Assembly (NCBI GenBank): GCA_045597585.1
Contig: JAZLKL010000181.1
Coordinates: 965-64,964 of the forward strand
DNA: 64,000 nt
Origin: Bacteroidaceae bacterium
GTDB lineage: Bacteria; Bacteroidota; Bacteroidia; Bacteroidales; Bacteroidaceae
Reading direction: 5' to 3'
Part shown: positions 38,208 to 48,814 of the stretch, one piece after another
Layout of the letters: each line of letters begins with the position of its first letter
Position numbering within the stretch: position 1 is the stretch's first letter
Program-made: the position numbers and the translations under genes
The notes under the pieces: model-generated
What the model was told of the DNA's origin: nothing
The model's input: the letters and a program-made list of their open reading frames with translations, nothing else
Database searches by the model: none

Positions 38208-39527
38208 TTACTTTGTAGGTTCAATAATCGTTTTCATACCTTTTATTCTTTGCCCTTTTATGCGTATCATTAGCTCTTTTAAGCGGCAACGCAAGACGGA
38301 CACATAGGCACAATGGTCACGCACATCTATACGTCCCACCTCGTCTTTCTGCAAACCGCCAATCTTCATCATGAAGCCGGCAATGTCACCTTTCGAGAGT
38401 TTCTCCTTCTTGCCCCTGCCGATATAGAGCGATTCCCATTTAGGGGACTGAGGGGCACTGGTATGAGAAGGGAGTGTATAATCCACCACCCCACACGTTA
38501 TGAATGAGGGGATATATTCTTCCGGACCCAGCAAGAGATAGGAGTTTCCTGTAGCATCCCAGCGGGCGGTTCTGCCATTGCGATGCACGAACGAGGCCTC
38601 GTCGATCGGCAAGTGATAATGTATGATGTTGTCCACCTCGGGAATGTCAAGTCCACGGGCAGCCAAATCCGTACTTACCATGATGTTACACGCACCGCTC
38701 GCAAAACGGAACAAGGCACGTTCACGCAAATCCTGATCCATGCCCCCGTGAAAATCCGAGACGAAGAAACCCTGACGCTTGAGGAATTGAGTCACCCTGT
38801 CCACGCTCTCACGAAATCCGACAAAGATAATGGAAGACTGCTGTCCAAAGGCACAAAGCATCTGTCCTAACGTTTCCAACTTGTCCTTTATAGGCGACTT
38901 CACGGCGTAAAGTGCAATCCTGTCGGGTATCTGCTCATCTTCATCCGAATAGTTGAGCTTCTTGGTGTGCTCGTCAACACTCACGAAAAGAGGTATTTCG
39001 GGACAGTCGGTGGCAGAAAGCAACATCTTGCGTTCCACACAAGGAAGTGCGTCCAACACCGATTTTATCTCGTCCTGAAAGCCCAGCTCCAGACACTTGT
39101 CAAATTCATCTATGACAAGCTTATCCACATGCGAACTCAAGAAGTTCTCTTTTTTGAGATGATCGACAAGGCGACCCGGAGTGCCTATGATGACATGAGG
39201 TTGAACAGACTTTATGCTGCGGTGTTCCTCCATAGCCGGACGACCACCATAGACAGCCACACTACGTATGCCGCCCCCCATCTGCTGCAGCACTTGCTGG
39301 GTTTGACGTGCCAGCTCGCGCGATGGCACCACGACGACGGTTTGCACCTCATGGCTTGCACAGTCTATCTGTTCAGCCAGAGGCAACAAATATGCCAGAG
39401 TCTTACCACTTCCAGTAGGACTGATAAGTATAATGTTATTATTTTTTCTGTACGCAGCAAGGCACTCTTGCTGCATATAGTTCAGTTCGTCTATTCCAAG
39501 GCGACGAAGCGCTTCGTTTGTATTCAT
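38208..39527 (-). CDS. DEAD-box ATP-dependent RNA helicase with a DbpA-type C-terminal RNA-binding domain
   Basis: Motifs SPTGSGKT, a DEAD-like motif II (IDEFD), SAT and HRNGRTAR. The C-terminus is DbpA-like (GDIAGF...V....V). Confidence 0.85.
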   Translation of the reverse strand: MNTNEALRRLGIDELNYMQQECLAAYRKNNNIILISPTGSGKTLAYLLPLAEQIDCASHEVQTVVVVPSRELARQTQQVLQQMGGGIRSVAVYGGRPAMEEHRSIKSVQPHVIIGTPGRLVDHLKKENFLSSHVDKLVIDEFDKCLELGFQDEIKSVLDALPCVERKMLLSATDCPEIPLFVSVDEHTKKLNYSDEDEQIPDRIALYAVKSPIKDKLETLGQMLCAFGQQSSIIFVGFRESVDRVTQFLKRQGFFVSDFHGGMDQDLRERALFRFASGACNIMVSTDLAARGLDIPEVDNIIHYHLPIDEASFVHRNGRTARWDATGNSYLLLGPEEYIPSFITCGVVDYTLPSHTSAPQSPKWESLYIGRGKKEKLSKGDIAGFMMKIGGLQKDEVGRIDVRDHCAYVSVLRCRLKELMIRIKGQRIKGMKTIIEPTK

Positions 39528-40930
39528 CGAATAAAATAGTCAATTACAAAGTAGCAGGCAAGACCCACTACCCAACCGCATAACACTTTTCCGGCAATGT
39601 GCTTCAGATACCATGTACCCGATGCCTCCTCCTCCATCTTCAGGAAGGCATAGCCTGCCGTGTTTCCAATAGGAAGCAGACAACCACCTACTGCCGCACA
39701 GAAGACCACGATATGCCAGTAAGGACCGTTTTGAGCAAAGAAACTCAAATACTCGCTTGCCATAGCACCATCTGGGGTCACGTCATACATATTGATGCCT
39801 GTTAGCACCAAGGCCACATTGTCTAATGCTGCACTCACAAAACCCGTAACTGCACCTATTATATATATATTGGGGAAGATGGTCTCCACAATATTGCGCA
39901 ACCACGACATGGCACCACACTCATAAAGCACACCCACGGCAAGGCACATACCAATGACGAACATGATGACCTGCAATGACTCGTAAAGCAGACGGTGGTC
40001 ACTTCCTTTCAGGATAGAAGGTTGCTCGGTACGGATACGCTCATGGTTAAACACCTCATTCAGCACCCACAGCAGACAAAGCACACACAACGAACCAAGG
40101 AATGGTGGCAGCAGCGTGATACGATAGAAAGTAGGCACAAACCAAAGTCCACCCAATCCGATTACCAGCAGCGTGACACGTTGCCAGGTAGGCAACAGGG
40201 TGTCTTCGCCTCTGAAGATAACCGTAGAGCGAACCAAGTCGAGTGTATGGGGTAACTTGCGTTGTATCAAGAAAGTAGTCACACAAGTAGCAAGTAATGC
40301 AGGAAGTATCAGCGCGCCGCTGAAATTGGCAGGTGTGACCGCATCCTTGTACCAAACCATCAACGACGACGTGTCACCTATTACCGTACAGCAACCACCA
40401 CAGTTGGCCGCCACAAGAATGGCTGCGCCAATATAAATCCTCTGCTTGTCGTTCGACACGATTTGCTTCATCACCAACAGCATGAGCACCGTCGTCGTCA
40501 GATTGTCAAGGTTTACCGAGATGAGGAAGGTGCATGCCACGGAAATCCATAGCACATACTTGCTGTTTCTGTTCTTAATCAGGTCTTTCATGAATCCAAA
40601 ACACTCATTTGAATTCAGCACATCCACAATGGCAGTCGTAGCCAGCAAATACATCACCAGGTTGCAGATGTACATGGCGTGTTTCAGAAAGACGTTCTGC
40701 GCCACAAAACTGTGAATGTCTTCCCACTCGGGTTCTCTGCCATCCAGAAACTCTGTCCATTCCTCTGCATGAATCGACGAAATGTACTCCGTTCCTGTCA
40801 ACATGAACAGAATCCATCCTACCACACCAGCAAACATAGCCGTAGCGGCTTTGTTGATATTGGTAAGATGCTCAGAGGCTATCAGCAAATAGCCAAAAAC
40901 CATCAATACACCGATTGTAATGGTTATCAT
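39524..40930 (-). CDS. NhaD/ArsB-superfamily ion transporter (probable Na+/H+ antiporter)
   Basis: About 12 TM helices. It overlaps the helicase start by 4 nt. Confidence 0.65.
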   Translation of the reverse strand: MITITIGVLMVFGYLLIASEHLTNINKAATAMFAGVVGWILFMLTGTEYISSIHAEEWTEFLDGREPEWEDIHSFVAQNVFLKHAMYICNLVMYLLATTAIVDVLNSNECFGFMKDLIKNRNSKYVLWISVACTFLISVNLDNLTTTVLMLLVMKQIVSNDKQRIYIGAAILVAANCGGCCTVIGDTSSLMVWYKDAVTPANFSGALILPALLATCVTTFLIQRKLPHTLDLVRSTVIFRGEDTLLPTWQRVTLLVIGLGGLWFVPTFYRITLLPPFLGSLCVLCLLWVLNEVFNHERIRTEQPSILKGSDHRLLYESLQVIMFVIGMCLAVGVLYECGAMSWLRNIVETIFPNIYIIGAVTGFVSAALDNVALVLTGINMYDVTPDGAMASEYLSFFAQNGPYWHIVVFCAAVGGCLLPIGNTAGYAFLKMEEEASGTWYLKHIAGKVLCGWVVGLACYFVIDYFIR

Positions 40931-41054
40931 AATTATTTTATTTACACGTTTTCAAACGCAAAATTACAAAATTTATAGACAATATCAATTAAAATGTTAT
41001 CATTTTGCAGTTTTTGTTGTCCATTTCAGCAAAAAAGCGTAACTTTGTGCGAAA

Positions 41055-41582
41055 ATGATGAAAAGATTGTTCATATTACTATTTTGTGTATTCTCGTTGT
41101 CTGCACGTGGACAAGAGAATTCACAGGTTGCAAACGTGTTTATGTTTGTAGGTGATTCTATTTATAGAATTGCCCCCGTGGTAACCCAAACCGAGTACAA
41201 GTCGGGTTGGAAGTTTTTGGATATTCAGACAGACGGCAGCATGACCCGCTATCTCTGGGGGAAGCACTCCCGTCAGATGGCCGATGACAGGCAGCCACGC
41301 TTGATCATCGATACAAAGAGATACAAAATCAATGATTTTATCGTAATAAAGCTGAAGGAGAAGAAGCAGTACCGTAAATTCATCTCTCATAGCATCTTCG
41401 AGTGCGAAGGCAGGATCATTGACCTCGACTATATGGCTATCAGTTCTCTAGGAGGAAGCAAATATGAAATTAAACCTCACGTACCGATGGAGCCAGGTGA
41501 ATATGTGATAGCGAACCTGAAATTAGAGCCTACCAACGAATATGGAGACATCCATGTGTTCCCATTTACGATTGTAAGGTAG
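41055..41582 (+). CDS. Small secreted hypothetical protein
   Basis: Signal peptide [20 protein letters not shown]. It lies 31 nt upstream of trpB with no terminator between them. Confidence 0.55.
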   Translation: MMKRLFILLFCVFSLSARGQENSQVANVFMFVGDSIYRIAPVVTQTEYKSGWKFLDIQTDGSMTRYLWGKHSRQMADDRQPRLIIDTKRYKINDFIVIKLKEKKQYRKFISHSIFECEGRIIDLDYMAISSLGGSKYEIKPHVPMEPGEYVIANLKLEPTNEYGDIHVFPFTIVR

Positions 41583-41613
41583 AAAAATCAATCTAAAGGT
41601 AATAATTGTAATT

Positions 41614-42795
41614 ATGAAAACTTATAATGTAGATGAAAACGGTTTCTATGGAGAGTTTGGTGGTGCCTATGTCCCTGAAATTCTTTATAAAACGGTTGAA
41701 GACTTAAAGAATCAGTATCTTCCTATTATCGAAAGTCCTGAGTTTGTGGCCGAATACAATCAACTGCTCAAGGATTATGTCGGACGCCCCTCTGCTTTGT
41801 ATTATGCCAAGCGAATGAGCGAGAAATATGGTTGCAAGCTCTATCTCAAGCGCGAAGACCTGAACCATACCGGAGCCCACAAGATCAACAATGCCATTGG
41901 CCAGATACTCCTTGCCAAGAAGATGGGCAAGAAGCGTATCATCGCTGAAACAGGAGCGGGTCAGCATGGTGTGGCCACTGCCACCGTATGTGCCTTGATG
42001 GACATGCCTTGCCGTGTGTACATGGGTGCTACCGACGTGGCTCGACAGCGCCCCAACGTGGAGAGAATGAAAATGCTGGGCGCAGAAGTGTTCCCCGTGC
42101 AGAGTGGCAACAAGACTCTCAAGGATGCCACCAACGAGGCCATTCGCGACTGGTGCTGCCATCCTGCCGACACGTTCTATATCATCGGCAGCACGGTAGG
42201 TCCTCATCCCTACCCCGACATGGTGGCTCGCCTCCAGAGCGTCATCTCCAAGGAGATCAAGGAGCAGTTGCTCGAAAAGGAGGGACGTGACTATCCCGAC
42301 TACCTGATGGCTTGTATCGGCGGTGGAAGCAACGCTGCAGGTACCATCTACCATTATATTGACGATGAGCGTGTTAAGATAGTCTTGGGTGAGGCAGGTG
42401 GATATGGCATCGACACCCAGGAGACTGCCGCTTCGCTCAACATTGGTACGCCTGGCATCCTGCATGGCTCACGCATCAAGGTGATGCAGGACGAGGACGG
42501 TCAGATTATCGAACCCTACAGCATTAGCGCAGGTCTCGACTACCCTGGCACGGGTCCCATCCATTGCAACCTTTACGAGACAGGGCGTGCTCAGGTATTG
42601 CCCATCAACGACGACGAGGCTCTCGATGCTGCCTTCGAGCTAACTCGCATGGAAGGAATCATCCCCGCACTCGAAAGCAGTCATGCCTTGGCCTTGCTGC
42701 CCAAGATGAAGTTTAAACCCACCGATATCGTCGTGCTTACCGTCAGCGGACGTGGCGACAAGGATATGGACACTTATTTGAAAAACGCGAGATGA
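41614..42795 (+). CDS. trpB: Tryptophan synthase beta chain
   Basis: [14 protein letters not shown]-lysine motif and GGGSNA motif. Confidence 0.95.
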   Translation: MKTYNVDENGFYGEFGGAYVPEILYKTVEDLKNQYLPIIESPEFVAEYNQLLKDYVGRPSALYYAKRMSEKYGCKLYLKREDLNHTGAHKINNAIGQILLAKKMGKKRIIAETGAGQHGVATATVCALMDMPCRVYMGATDVARQRPNVERMKMLGAEVFPVQSGNKTLKDATNEAIRDWCCHPADTFYIIGSTVGPHPYPDMVARLQSVISKEIKEQLLEKEGRDYPDYLMACIGGGSNAAGTIYHYIDDERVKIVLGEAGGYGIDTQETAASLNIGTPGILHGSRIKVMQDEDGQIIEPYSISAGLDYPGTGPIHCNLYETGRAQVLPINDDEALDAAFELTRMEGIIPALESSHALALLPKMKFKPTDIVVLTVSGRGDKDMDTYLKNAR

Positions 42796-44207
42796 AAGTC
42801 TATAACTATCATACCAAGTCCAAGAAGATTCTTGGCGACCTCATGACTCCCGTCAGCGCCTACCTCAAGGTGCGCGATGCCTATCCCCAGAGTGCCTTGA
42901 TGGAGAGTTCTGACTATCATGGAGGCGAGAATGCCAAGAGCTTTATCGGTCTTCACCCCATAGGCAGCGTCAGCATCGAGCATGGCGTAGGAATCGCCAG
43001 ATACCCCGACGGAAAAGAGACCACGCTCAAGATAGAGTCCAACAAGCATTGTGCCCAGACCATAAACGACTTCCTGAACAGTTTTGAGATAACGGGCGAC
43101 GACAAGGATTCTGCCGGCTTGTTTGGCTATACCACATTCAATGCTGTGCGCTATTTCGAGAACATTGCCGTGAAGGACGAGACACAGCAGGAAAACGATG
43201 CACCCGACATGCTCTACATCCTGTACAAGGACATCGTGGTGTTCGATCACTTCCGCAATGAGGTCACTATAATTGAATTGTTGCAGGATGGCGAGGAGGA
43301 CGACCTCGACCAGTTGGAACGCGACCTCAACTCACGTTCCTATCAGACCTACGACTTTCACCCCGTGGGCGAATACTGGAGTACGCTGACCGATGACGAG
43401 CACCGTGCTAACATCAGGAAGGGCATAGCACACTGTCTTCGTGGCGATGTGTTCCAGATTGTCCTGGCACGCCGCTTCAAGCAAGCATACGAAGGTGACG
43501 ACTTCAAGCTCTACCGTGCTCTTCGCAGCATCAACCCTTCACCCTACCTCTTTTATTTCGACTTCGGAGGTTTCCGCATCTTCGGTTCGTCACCCGAGAC
43601 GCACTGCCGTATCACCTGCAATGCCGACAACGGCTATACGGCTTATATCGACCCCATTGCCGGTACCACGAAGCGCACGGGTAATGCTGCGCTCGACAAG
43701 CAGAATGCAGAATACCTGCGCAACGACCCGAAGGAGAATGCAGAGCACGTCATGCTCGTCGATCTGGCACGCAACGACCTCTCTCGCAATTGCCACGACG
43801 TGCACGTTGACTTCTACAAGGACATGCAGTTCTACAGCCATGTCATCCACCTGGTCAGCCGTGTAAGCGGCACCCTCGACAAGGATGCTGATCCCGTACA
43901 GGCATTTATCGATACGTTCCCTGCAGGCACGCTCTCGGGTGCTCCCAAGGTACGTGCCATGCAACTCATCTCCGAATACGAACCCCATTGCCGTGGTGCT
44001 TACGGTGGGTGCATCGGTTTCATCGGCTTCAATGGTGAGTTGAACCAAGCCATCACCATACGCACCTTTGTCAGTCGCAACAACGAATTGTGGTTCCAGG
44101 CTGGTGGTGGCATCGTGGCCAAGAGCAACGTTGAGTACGAGCTACAAGAGGTTAATAATAAATTAGGTGCTTTAAGAAAAGCCATTAGCATAGCAGAGAA
44201 ACTATGA
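42792..44207 (+). CDS. trpE: Anthranilate synthase component I
   Basis: Chorismate-binding C-terminal motifs ([13 protein letters not shown]). 4-nt overlap with trpB. Confidence 0.95.
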   Translation: MKVYNYHTKSKKILGDLMTPVSAYLKVRDAYPQSALMESSDYHGGENAKSFIGLHPIGSVSIEHGVGIARYPDGKETTLKIESNKHCAQTINDFLNSFEITGDDKDSAGLFGYTTFNAVRYFENIAVKDETQQENDAPDMLYILYKDIVVFDHFRNEVTIIELLQDGEEDDLDQLERDLNSRSYQTYDFHPVGEYWSTLTDDEHRANIRKGIAHCLRGDVFQIVLARRFKQAYEGDDFKLYRALRSINPSPYLFYFDFGGFRIFGSSPETHCRITCNADNGYTAYIDPIAGTTKRTGNAALDKQNAEYLRNDPKENAEHVMLVDLARNDLSRNCHDVHVDFYKDMQFYSHVIHLVSRVSGTLDKDADPVQAFIDTFPAGTLSGAPKVRAMQLISEYEPHCRGAYGGCIGFIGFNGELNQAITIRTFVSRNNELWFQAGGGIVAKSNVEYELQEVNNKLGALRKAISIAEKL

Positions 44208-44794
44208 AAATAGTAATAATAGACAATTACGACTCGTTTACCTATAACCTTTCGCATCTGGTGAAGGAGTTGGGTGCCGACGTAACCGTATATCGCAACG
44301 ACCAGTTCAAGATGGAGCAACTTGAGGAGTTCGACAAGATCATCCTCTCGCCTGGCCCAGGCATTCCAAGCGAGGCAGGCTTGTTACTCGATGTCATTAA
44401 GTCGTATGCGGGCAAGAAACCCATCCTGGGTGTCTGTCTTGGCCACCAGGCCATTGGCGAGAGCTTTGGGGCCCAACTCACCAACATTGGCGAGGTGGTG
44501 CACGGTGTAGCCACACCTTGCTACCTTACTGTCAGCGACTATCTCTTTGAAGGGGTTAAGACACAGCTCATCGAGGAGACATCAAAGGAGGGATTCCAGA
44601 TTGGCAGATACCATTCATGGGTGGTGGATGCCAAGGGGTTGCCCGAGTGCCTGGAAGTGACGAGTGTAAGTGACGAAGGCTTTATCATGTCGCTTCGCCA
44701 CAAGGAATATGACATCCGTGGCATCCAGTACCATCCCGAGAGTGTACTCACACCCGACGGAAAGACTATCCTTGGCAACTGGTTGAAGCACTAA
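44204..44794 (+). CDS. trpG: Anthranilate synthase component II (glutamine amidotransferase)
   Basis: GVCLGHQ nucleophile motif and the YHPES histidine region. 4-nt overlap with trpE. Confidence 0.9.
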   Translation: MKIVIIDNYDSFTYNLSHLVKELGADVTVYRNDQFKMEQLEEFDKIILSPGPGIPSEAGLLLDVIKSYAGKKPILGVCLGHQAIGESFGAQLTNIGEVVHGVATPCYLTVSDYLFEGVKTQLIEETSKEGFQIGRYHSWVVDAKGLPECLEVTSVSDEGFIMSLRHKEYDIRGIQYHPESVLTPDGKTILGNWLKH

Positions 44795-44963
44795 AATCAG
44801 ACAAACGTATTACCTTTCACCGCTGTCAAAAGTCCTTTCGCTCAGCGTGCCTTTAGACCGATGCTTTGCTCGCACAGAACACCCCAAGCGACGAAGGAGC
44901 AATAGCTCGGCATCCCGTTAGGATGACGCTTCGCACAAAGTGCAGAAGAAATTCTTTAACTCC

Positions 44964-45149
44964 TTTAGTGATGGTGAAAAAATAAATTGGTACGATCTAA
45001 CCTCAGATTTTTGAGATGCCTTTGCTTCATGAAGAGGGCGCGATGCGAGCATCGTAACCGATGAATGAAACAAAAACAGCCAAAAAGATGAGTTGTTACC
45101 ATAAAAAACTCACATCACAAATCGTACCAAGTTAATTTTTTATCATCAC
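44964..45149. mobile_element. MITE-like insertion inside the trp operon
   Basis: 29-nt terminal inverted repeats (44968-44996 vs 45121-45149, 25/29 by eye). The element is flanked by the direct repeat TTAACTCC at 44956-44963 and 45150-45157. It has no coding capacity. Confidence 0.6.
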
Positions 45150-45174
45150 TTAACTCCCATAGAGAGAGAAAAAA

Positions 45175-45372
45175 ATGAAAATAAAAAAATCTTCAATTTA
45201 CTCTTTGGTTGTATTATGCGTTGTGTCTGGATATTTCTTGCGTACCATCCTGGTATGCATTAAAGGCCAGCATTTCAATACATACTTTATCGTGTCAACC
45301 GTAATATTTGCACTTAGCGTGATAAGTACTATTGTTAAGGTACGCGAGATTTTCAAGAATATAGAAAAATGA
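45175..45372 (+). CDS. Possible 65-aa two-TM small membrane protein, translationally coupled to trpD
   Basis: A+T-rich ORF whose stop overlaps the trpD ATG (ATGA at 45369-45372). It has two hydrophobic segments. Coding status is unproven. Confidence 0.35.
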   Translation: MKIKKSSIYSLVVLCVVSGYFLRTILVCIKGQHFNTYFIVSTVIFALSVISTIVKVREIFKNIEK

Positions 45373-46364
45373 AACAGCAACTCACAAAACTCATCAATGG
45401 CGAGACCCTCTCCCGTGAGGAGACTTACCAGATTATGCTCAACATCACCCAGGAGCAATATAACGTACAGCAGATAGCAGCCCTTCTGATGGCCATGCAG
45501 ACACGTGGTGTCACAGTGGACGAATTGCTGGGTTTCAGGGATGGTTTGCTCGAAACGGGCAAATATGTCAACTTTGAAGACTATGACACCCTCGACATCG
45601 TGGGTACGGGTGGCGATGGCAAGAACACCTTCAACATCTCTACCTGTTCGGCTTTCGTCATTGCCGGTGCAGGATACAAGGTCACCAAGCATGGCAACGG
45701 TGGAAGCACCTCTGTCAGCGGAGCCAGCAACGTGCTGCAGGGTCATGGCGTGAAGTTCACCGATGACGTGGATGTCCTGAAGCGCTCACTCGACGAGGCT
45801 GGCATATGCTATTTCCATGCTCCCCTTTTTGCCTATGGCATGAAGTTCGTAGGTCCTACCCGCAAGGCATTGCAGGTGCCCACCTGCTTCAACCTGCTGG
45901 GTCCCCTCGTCAACCCCTGCCATCCCAAGAACTCTTTCCACGGCACCGCCAACCAAAGTCAGCTGCGCCTCTACAACGCCATCCATCAGAAGATAGGTGA
46001 CAACTACGGTGTAGTGACCAGTTATGACGGCTACGATGAGATATCACTTACCAGTGGTTTCAAGGTATGCACCAAATATTTCGAGAAGGTGCTCACCCCC
46101 ATCGACCTCGGCCTCAAGTACGTCAAGCAGGAAGAGATCTTCGGAGGCAATACACCCGAGGAGGCCATCAAGATATTTGATGCGGTTCTCGAGGGCACAT
46201 CCACTGAAGCCCAGAAAAACGTGGTCATTGCCAATGCTGCCTTCGGCATCAGCATCATGGATGCCAACCTCAGCATATCCGACTCCATCCAGGTCGTACG
46301 CGAATCACTCGAGAGTGGTAAGGCATTGGCAGCGTTCAAGAAGTTTGTTGAAATCAACTCATAA
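45369..46364 (+). CDS. trpD: Anthranilate phosphoribosyltransferase
   Basis: DIVGTGGDG and KHGN motifs. Confidence 0.95.
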   Translation: MKQQLTKLINGETLSREETYQIMLNITQEQYNVQQIAALLMAMQTRGVTVDELLGFRDGLLETGKYVNFEDYDTLDIVGTGGDGKNTFNISTCSAFVIAGAGYKVTKHGNGGSTSVSGASNVLQGHGVKFTDDVDVLKRSLDEAGICYFHAPLFAYGMKFVGPTRKALQVPTCFNLLGPLVNPCHPKNSFHGTANQSQLRLYNAIHQKIGDNYGVVTSYDGYDEISLTSGFKVCTKYFEKVLTPIDLGLKYVKQEEIFGGNTPEEAIKIFDAVLEGTSTEAQKNVVIANAAFGISIMDANLSISDSIQVVRESLESGKALAAFKKFVEINS

Positions 46365-46371
46365 GAAAGAT

Positions 46372-47166
46372 ATGAAAGACGTACTCGACGAGATAGTAGC
46401 GTGGAAACGCATCGAGGTGGCTCAGCAGAAGGAGGCCATTCCCGCTCACGGCCTCTACCAGGAGGTGGAGCAGATGATGGCCGAAGGCAACTACAGCAAG
46501 CTGTCCATGCGTGGTTCTCTCGCAGCTTCTGCTTCGGGAATCATTGCAGAGTTCAAACGTAAGTCTCCCTCAAAGGGTTGGATCAAGGAGGAAGGTCGCC
46601 CCGACGTCATTCCTGCCTCCTATGCCCATAATGGTGCTTCTGCCCTTAGCATCCTCACCGACGAGAAATACTTTGGTGGCAGCATGCAGTTTGTTGAGAT
46701 AGCACGCCCCACGGTTTCCATCCCCATCCTTCGCAAGGAGTTCATTGTCGATGAGTACCAAGTGTTTCAGGCTCGTCATATCCAGGCCAATGCCATCCTG
46801 CTCATAGCAGCATGCCTCAGCAAGGAGGAGGTGAGAAACCTCACCCGCCTGGCACACGAATTAGGACTTGAGGTATTGCTCGAACTGCACAACGAAAGAG
46901 AACTGGATTACTGCGACTTGGAGGCAGACATGATTGGCATCAACAATCGTAACTTAGGGTGTTTCGTCACAGACGTGCAGCATTCCTTCGACATGATTGG
47001 TCGCCTGCCTGCCGACGTACTCAAGGTGAGCGAGAGTGGCATCGGAAATCCTGCCGTGGTACGCGACCTCCGTATGGCTGGCTACCGAGGCTTCCTTATG
47101 GGCGAGCACTTCATGAAGTCTGATGACCCAGGTGCCGAACTGAAAAAGTTCATTGAGCAGATATAG
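46372..47166 (+). CDS. trpC: Indole-3-glycerol-phosphate synthase
   Basis: IAEFKRKSPSKG motif. Start moved to MKDVLDEI (the upstream part of the ORF overlaps trpD). Confidence 0.95.
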   Translation: MKDVLDEIVAWKRIEVAQQKEAIPAHGLYQEVEQMMAEGNYSKLSMRGSLAASASGIIAEFKRKSPSKGWIKEEGRPDVIPASYAHNGASALSILTDEKYFGGSMQFVEIARPTVSIPILRKEFIVDEYQVFQARHIQANAILLIAACLSKEEVRNLTRLAHELGLEVLLELHNERELDYCDLEADMIGINNRNLGCFVTDVQHSFDMIGRLPADVLKVSESGIGNPAVVRDLRMAGYRGFLMGEHFMKSDDPGAELKKFIEQI

Positions 47167-47171
47167 GGGGG

Positions 47172-47300
47172 CAACGAGGTTTTGAGGTCAACGAGACAAC
47201 AAGTCAACGAGACAACGAGCCATCCCCCCGGAACCTCCGGAATTTCCGGGAAAACCGGATTGTCCGGAAAACCACAAAGCTTGGCCCCCGGAAAACCGCA
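47172..47300. repeat. Short-period repeats (CAACGAG words, then CCGGAA/TCCGGA words) filling the trpC-trpF gap
   Basis: gtcaacgagacaac aagtcaacgagacaacgag is followed by ccggaacctccggaatttccgggaaaaccggattgtccggaaaacc...cccggaaaaccg. Confidence 0.65.
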
Positions 47301-47334
47301 ACCATCGCGCCAGCTTAATAATGAATTATACATT

Positions 47335-47952
47335 ATGAATTGTGAATTGATAAAGGTTTGTGGTATGCGTGAGGCATCCAACATACGCGATGTGGAAGCA
47401 TTGGGCGTCGATTGGATGGGTTTCATCTGCTGGCCCAAAAGCAGTCGTTACGTGGATAGCACCCCATCCTATCTTCCACAATGCCAGCGCGTGGGTGTGT
47501 TCGTAGATGCCGACTTTGACTTCATCAGCGAAAAGGTAGAGCAGTTGTCACTCTCACGCATACAGCTTCATGGCAATGAGACAGCCGAGTTCTGCCAACG
47601 GGTAAGGCAGACCTTCCAACTACCCGTCATCAAGGCCATCAGCATCCATAGTGTGGACGACGTGAAAAAGGCAGAGGCATATCACGGCATCGTCAGTCAC
47701 ATTCTCTTCGACACCAAGTGCAAGTGCGTGGGAGGCAGCGGCGAACAGTTCGACTGGGAGGTATTGCGTACCTACAAGGGTCCTACCCCATTCCTCTTGG
47801 CTGGTGGCATTGGCTTCAACGACGCTTCGCGGGTAAACGACTTCTCACACCCCTACTTCGTAGGCATCGACCTTAACAGTAGGTTCGAGGACAGTCCTGC
47901 ACGCAAGAACATAGATAAACTCAAAAGATTTTTAACAGAATTAAATATATGA
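47335..47952 (+). CDS. trpF: Phosphoribosylanthranilate isomerase
   Basis: IKVCGM N-terminal motif. Start set at MNCELIKVCGM. Confidence 0.9.
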   Translation: MNCELIKVCGMREASNIRDVEALGVDWMGFICWPKSSRYVDSTPSYLPQCQRVGVFVDADFDFISEKVEQLSLSRIQLHGNETAEFCQRVRQTFQLPVIKAISIHSVDDVKKAEAYHGIVSHILFDTKCKCVGGSGEQFDWEVLRTYKGPTPFLLAGGIGFNDASRVNDFSHPYFVGIDLNSRFEDSPARKNIDKLKRFLTELNI

Positions 47953-48731
47953 ACCGAATTAATAGATTATTTGCTGAAAAGAACGAAAAGATTCTTTCTC
48001 TTTACTTCTGCGCTGGAACCCCAAGTCCGGAAGGAACGGTGGATGTGATACGCACCCTCGAGAAGCGTGGCATCGACATGATCGAGATTGGCATTCCCTT
48101 CTCCGACCCTATGGCCGACGGTCCCGTCATCCAGGATGCAGCCACCAAGGCGCTGCGCAATGGCATGACCCTGCGAAAGCTGTTCGCCCAACTGGCTGAG
48201 GTGCGCCAAGGTGAGAATGCCGTACAGATACCTCTCCTCCTCATGGGTTACCTCAACCCCATCAACCATTTTGGCTTTGAGCCATTCTTCAAGGAGTGCC
48301 AGCAGATAGGCATCGATGGTGTCATCATCCCCGACCTTCCCTTCCGCGACTACATGGAACAGGTCAAGCCTATGGCCGACAAGTATGATGTGCGTGTCAT
48401 CATGCTCATCACACCCGAGACAAGCGACGACCGCATCCATTTCATCGACGAGCATACCGATGGATTCATCTATATGGTATCGTCAGCTGCCACCACCGGA
48501 GCACAGAGCGAGTTCGATGCTGCCAAGCAGGCATACTTCAACAAGGTCAACCAGATGTCATTGCGCAATCCTCGCATGATAGGCTTCGGCATCAGCAACA
48601 AGCAGACCCTCGAAAGTGCCCAGGCCAATGCAGCCGGTGCCATCATCGGTAGCAAGTTCGTCACCCTCCTCGATGAGGAAAAGGATGCCGACAAGGCCAT
48701 CGACCGCCTCTTCGAAGCATTAAATAAATAA
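47949..48731 (+). CDS. trpA: Tryptophan synthase alpha chain
   Basis: IEIGIPFSDPMADGP motif. 4-nt overlap with trpF. Confidence 0.95.
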   Translation: MNRINRLFAEKNEKILSLYFCAGTPSPEGTVDVIRTLEKRGIDMIEIGIPFSDPMADGPVIQDAATKALRNGMTLRKLFAQLAEVRQGENAVQIPLLLMGYLNPINHFGFEPFFKECQQIGIDGVIIPDLPFRDYMEQVKPMADKYDVRVIMLITPETSDDRIHFIDEHTDGFIYMVSSAATTGAQSEFDAAKQAYFNKVNQMSLRNPRMIGFGISNKQTLESAQANAAGAIIGSKFVTLLDEEKDADKAIDRLFEALNK

Positions 48732-48814
48732 ATTCAAGTTTCACCCTTGATCTTGTATAGATTTTAAGATAAAAGATTTTAAGAAGATTTTTAGCGAGTT
48801 TACGAGCGCCCCCT

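Noticed and set aside
40931-41613. A tryptophan leader peptide or attenuator upstream of trpB.
   Set aside because: I found no short ORF with tandem Trp codons and no terminator/antiterminator hairpins between 40931-41054 or 41583-41613. The upstream ORF is a 175-aa secreted protein with only two Trp residues.
45198-45746. A 182-aa minus-strand ORF spanning the small ORF and the trpD 5' end.
   Set aside because: It is antisense to trpD, which has clear motifs, and its own translation has none.
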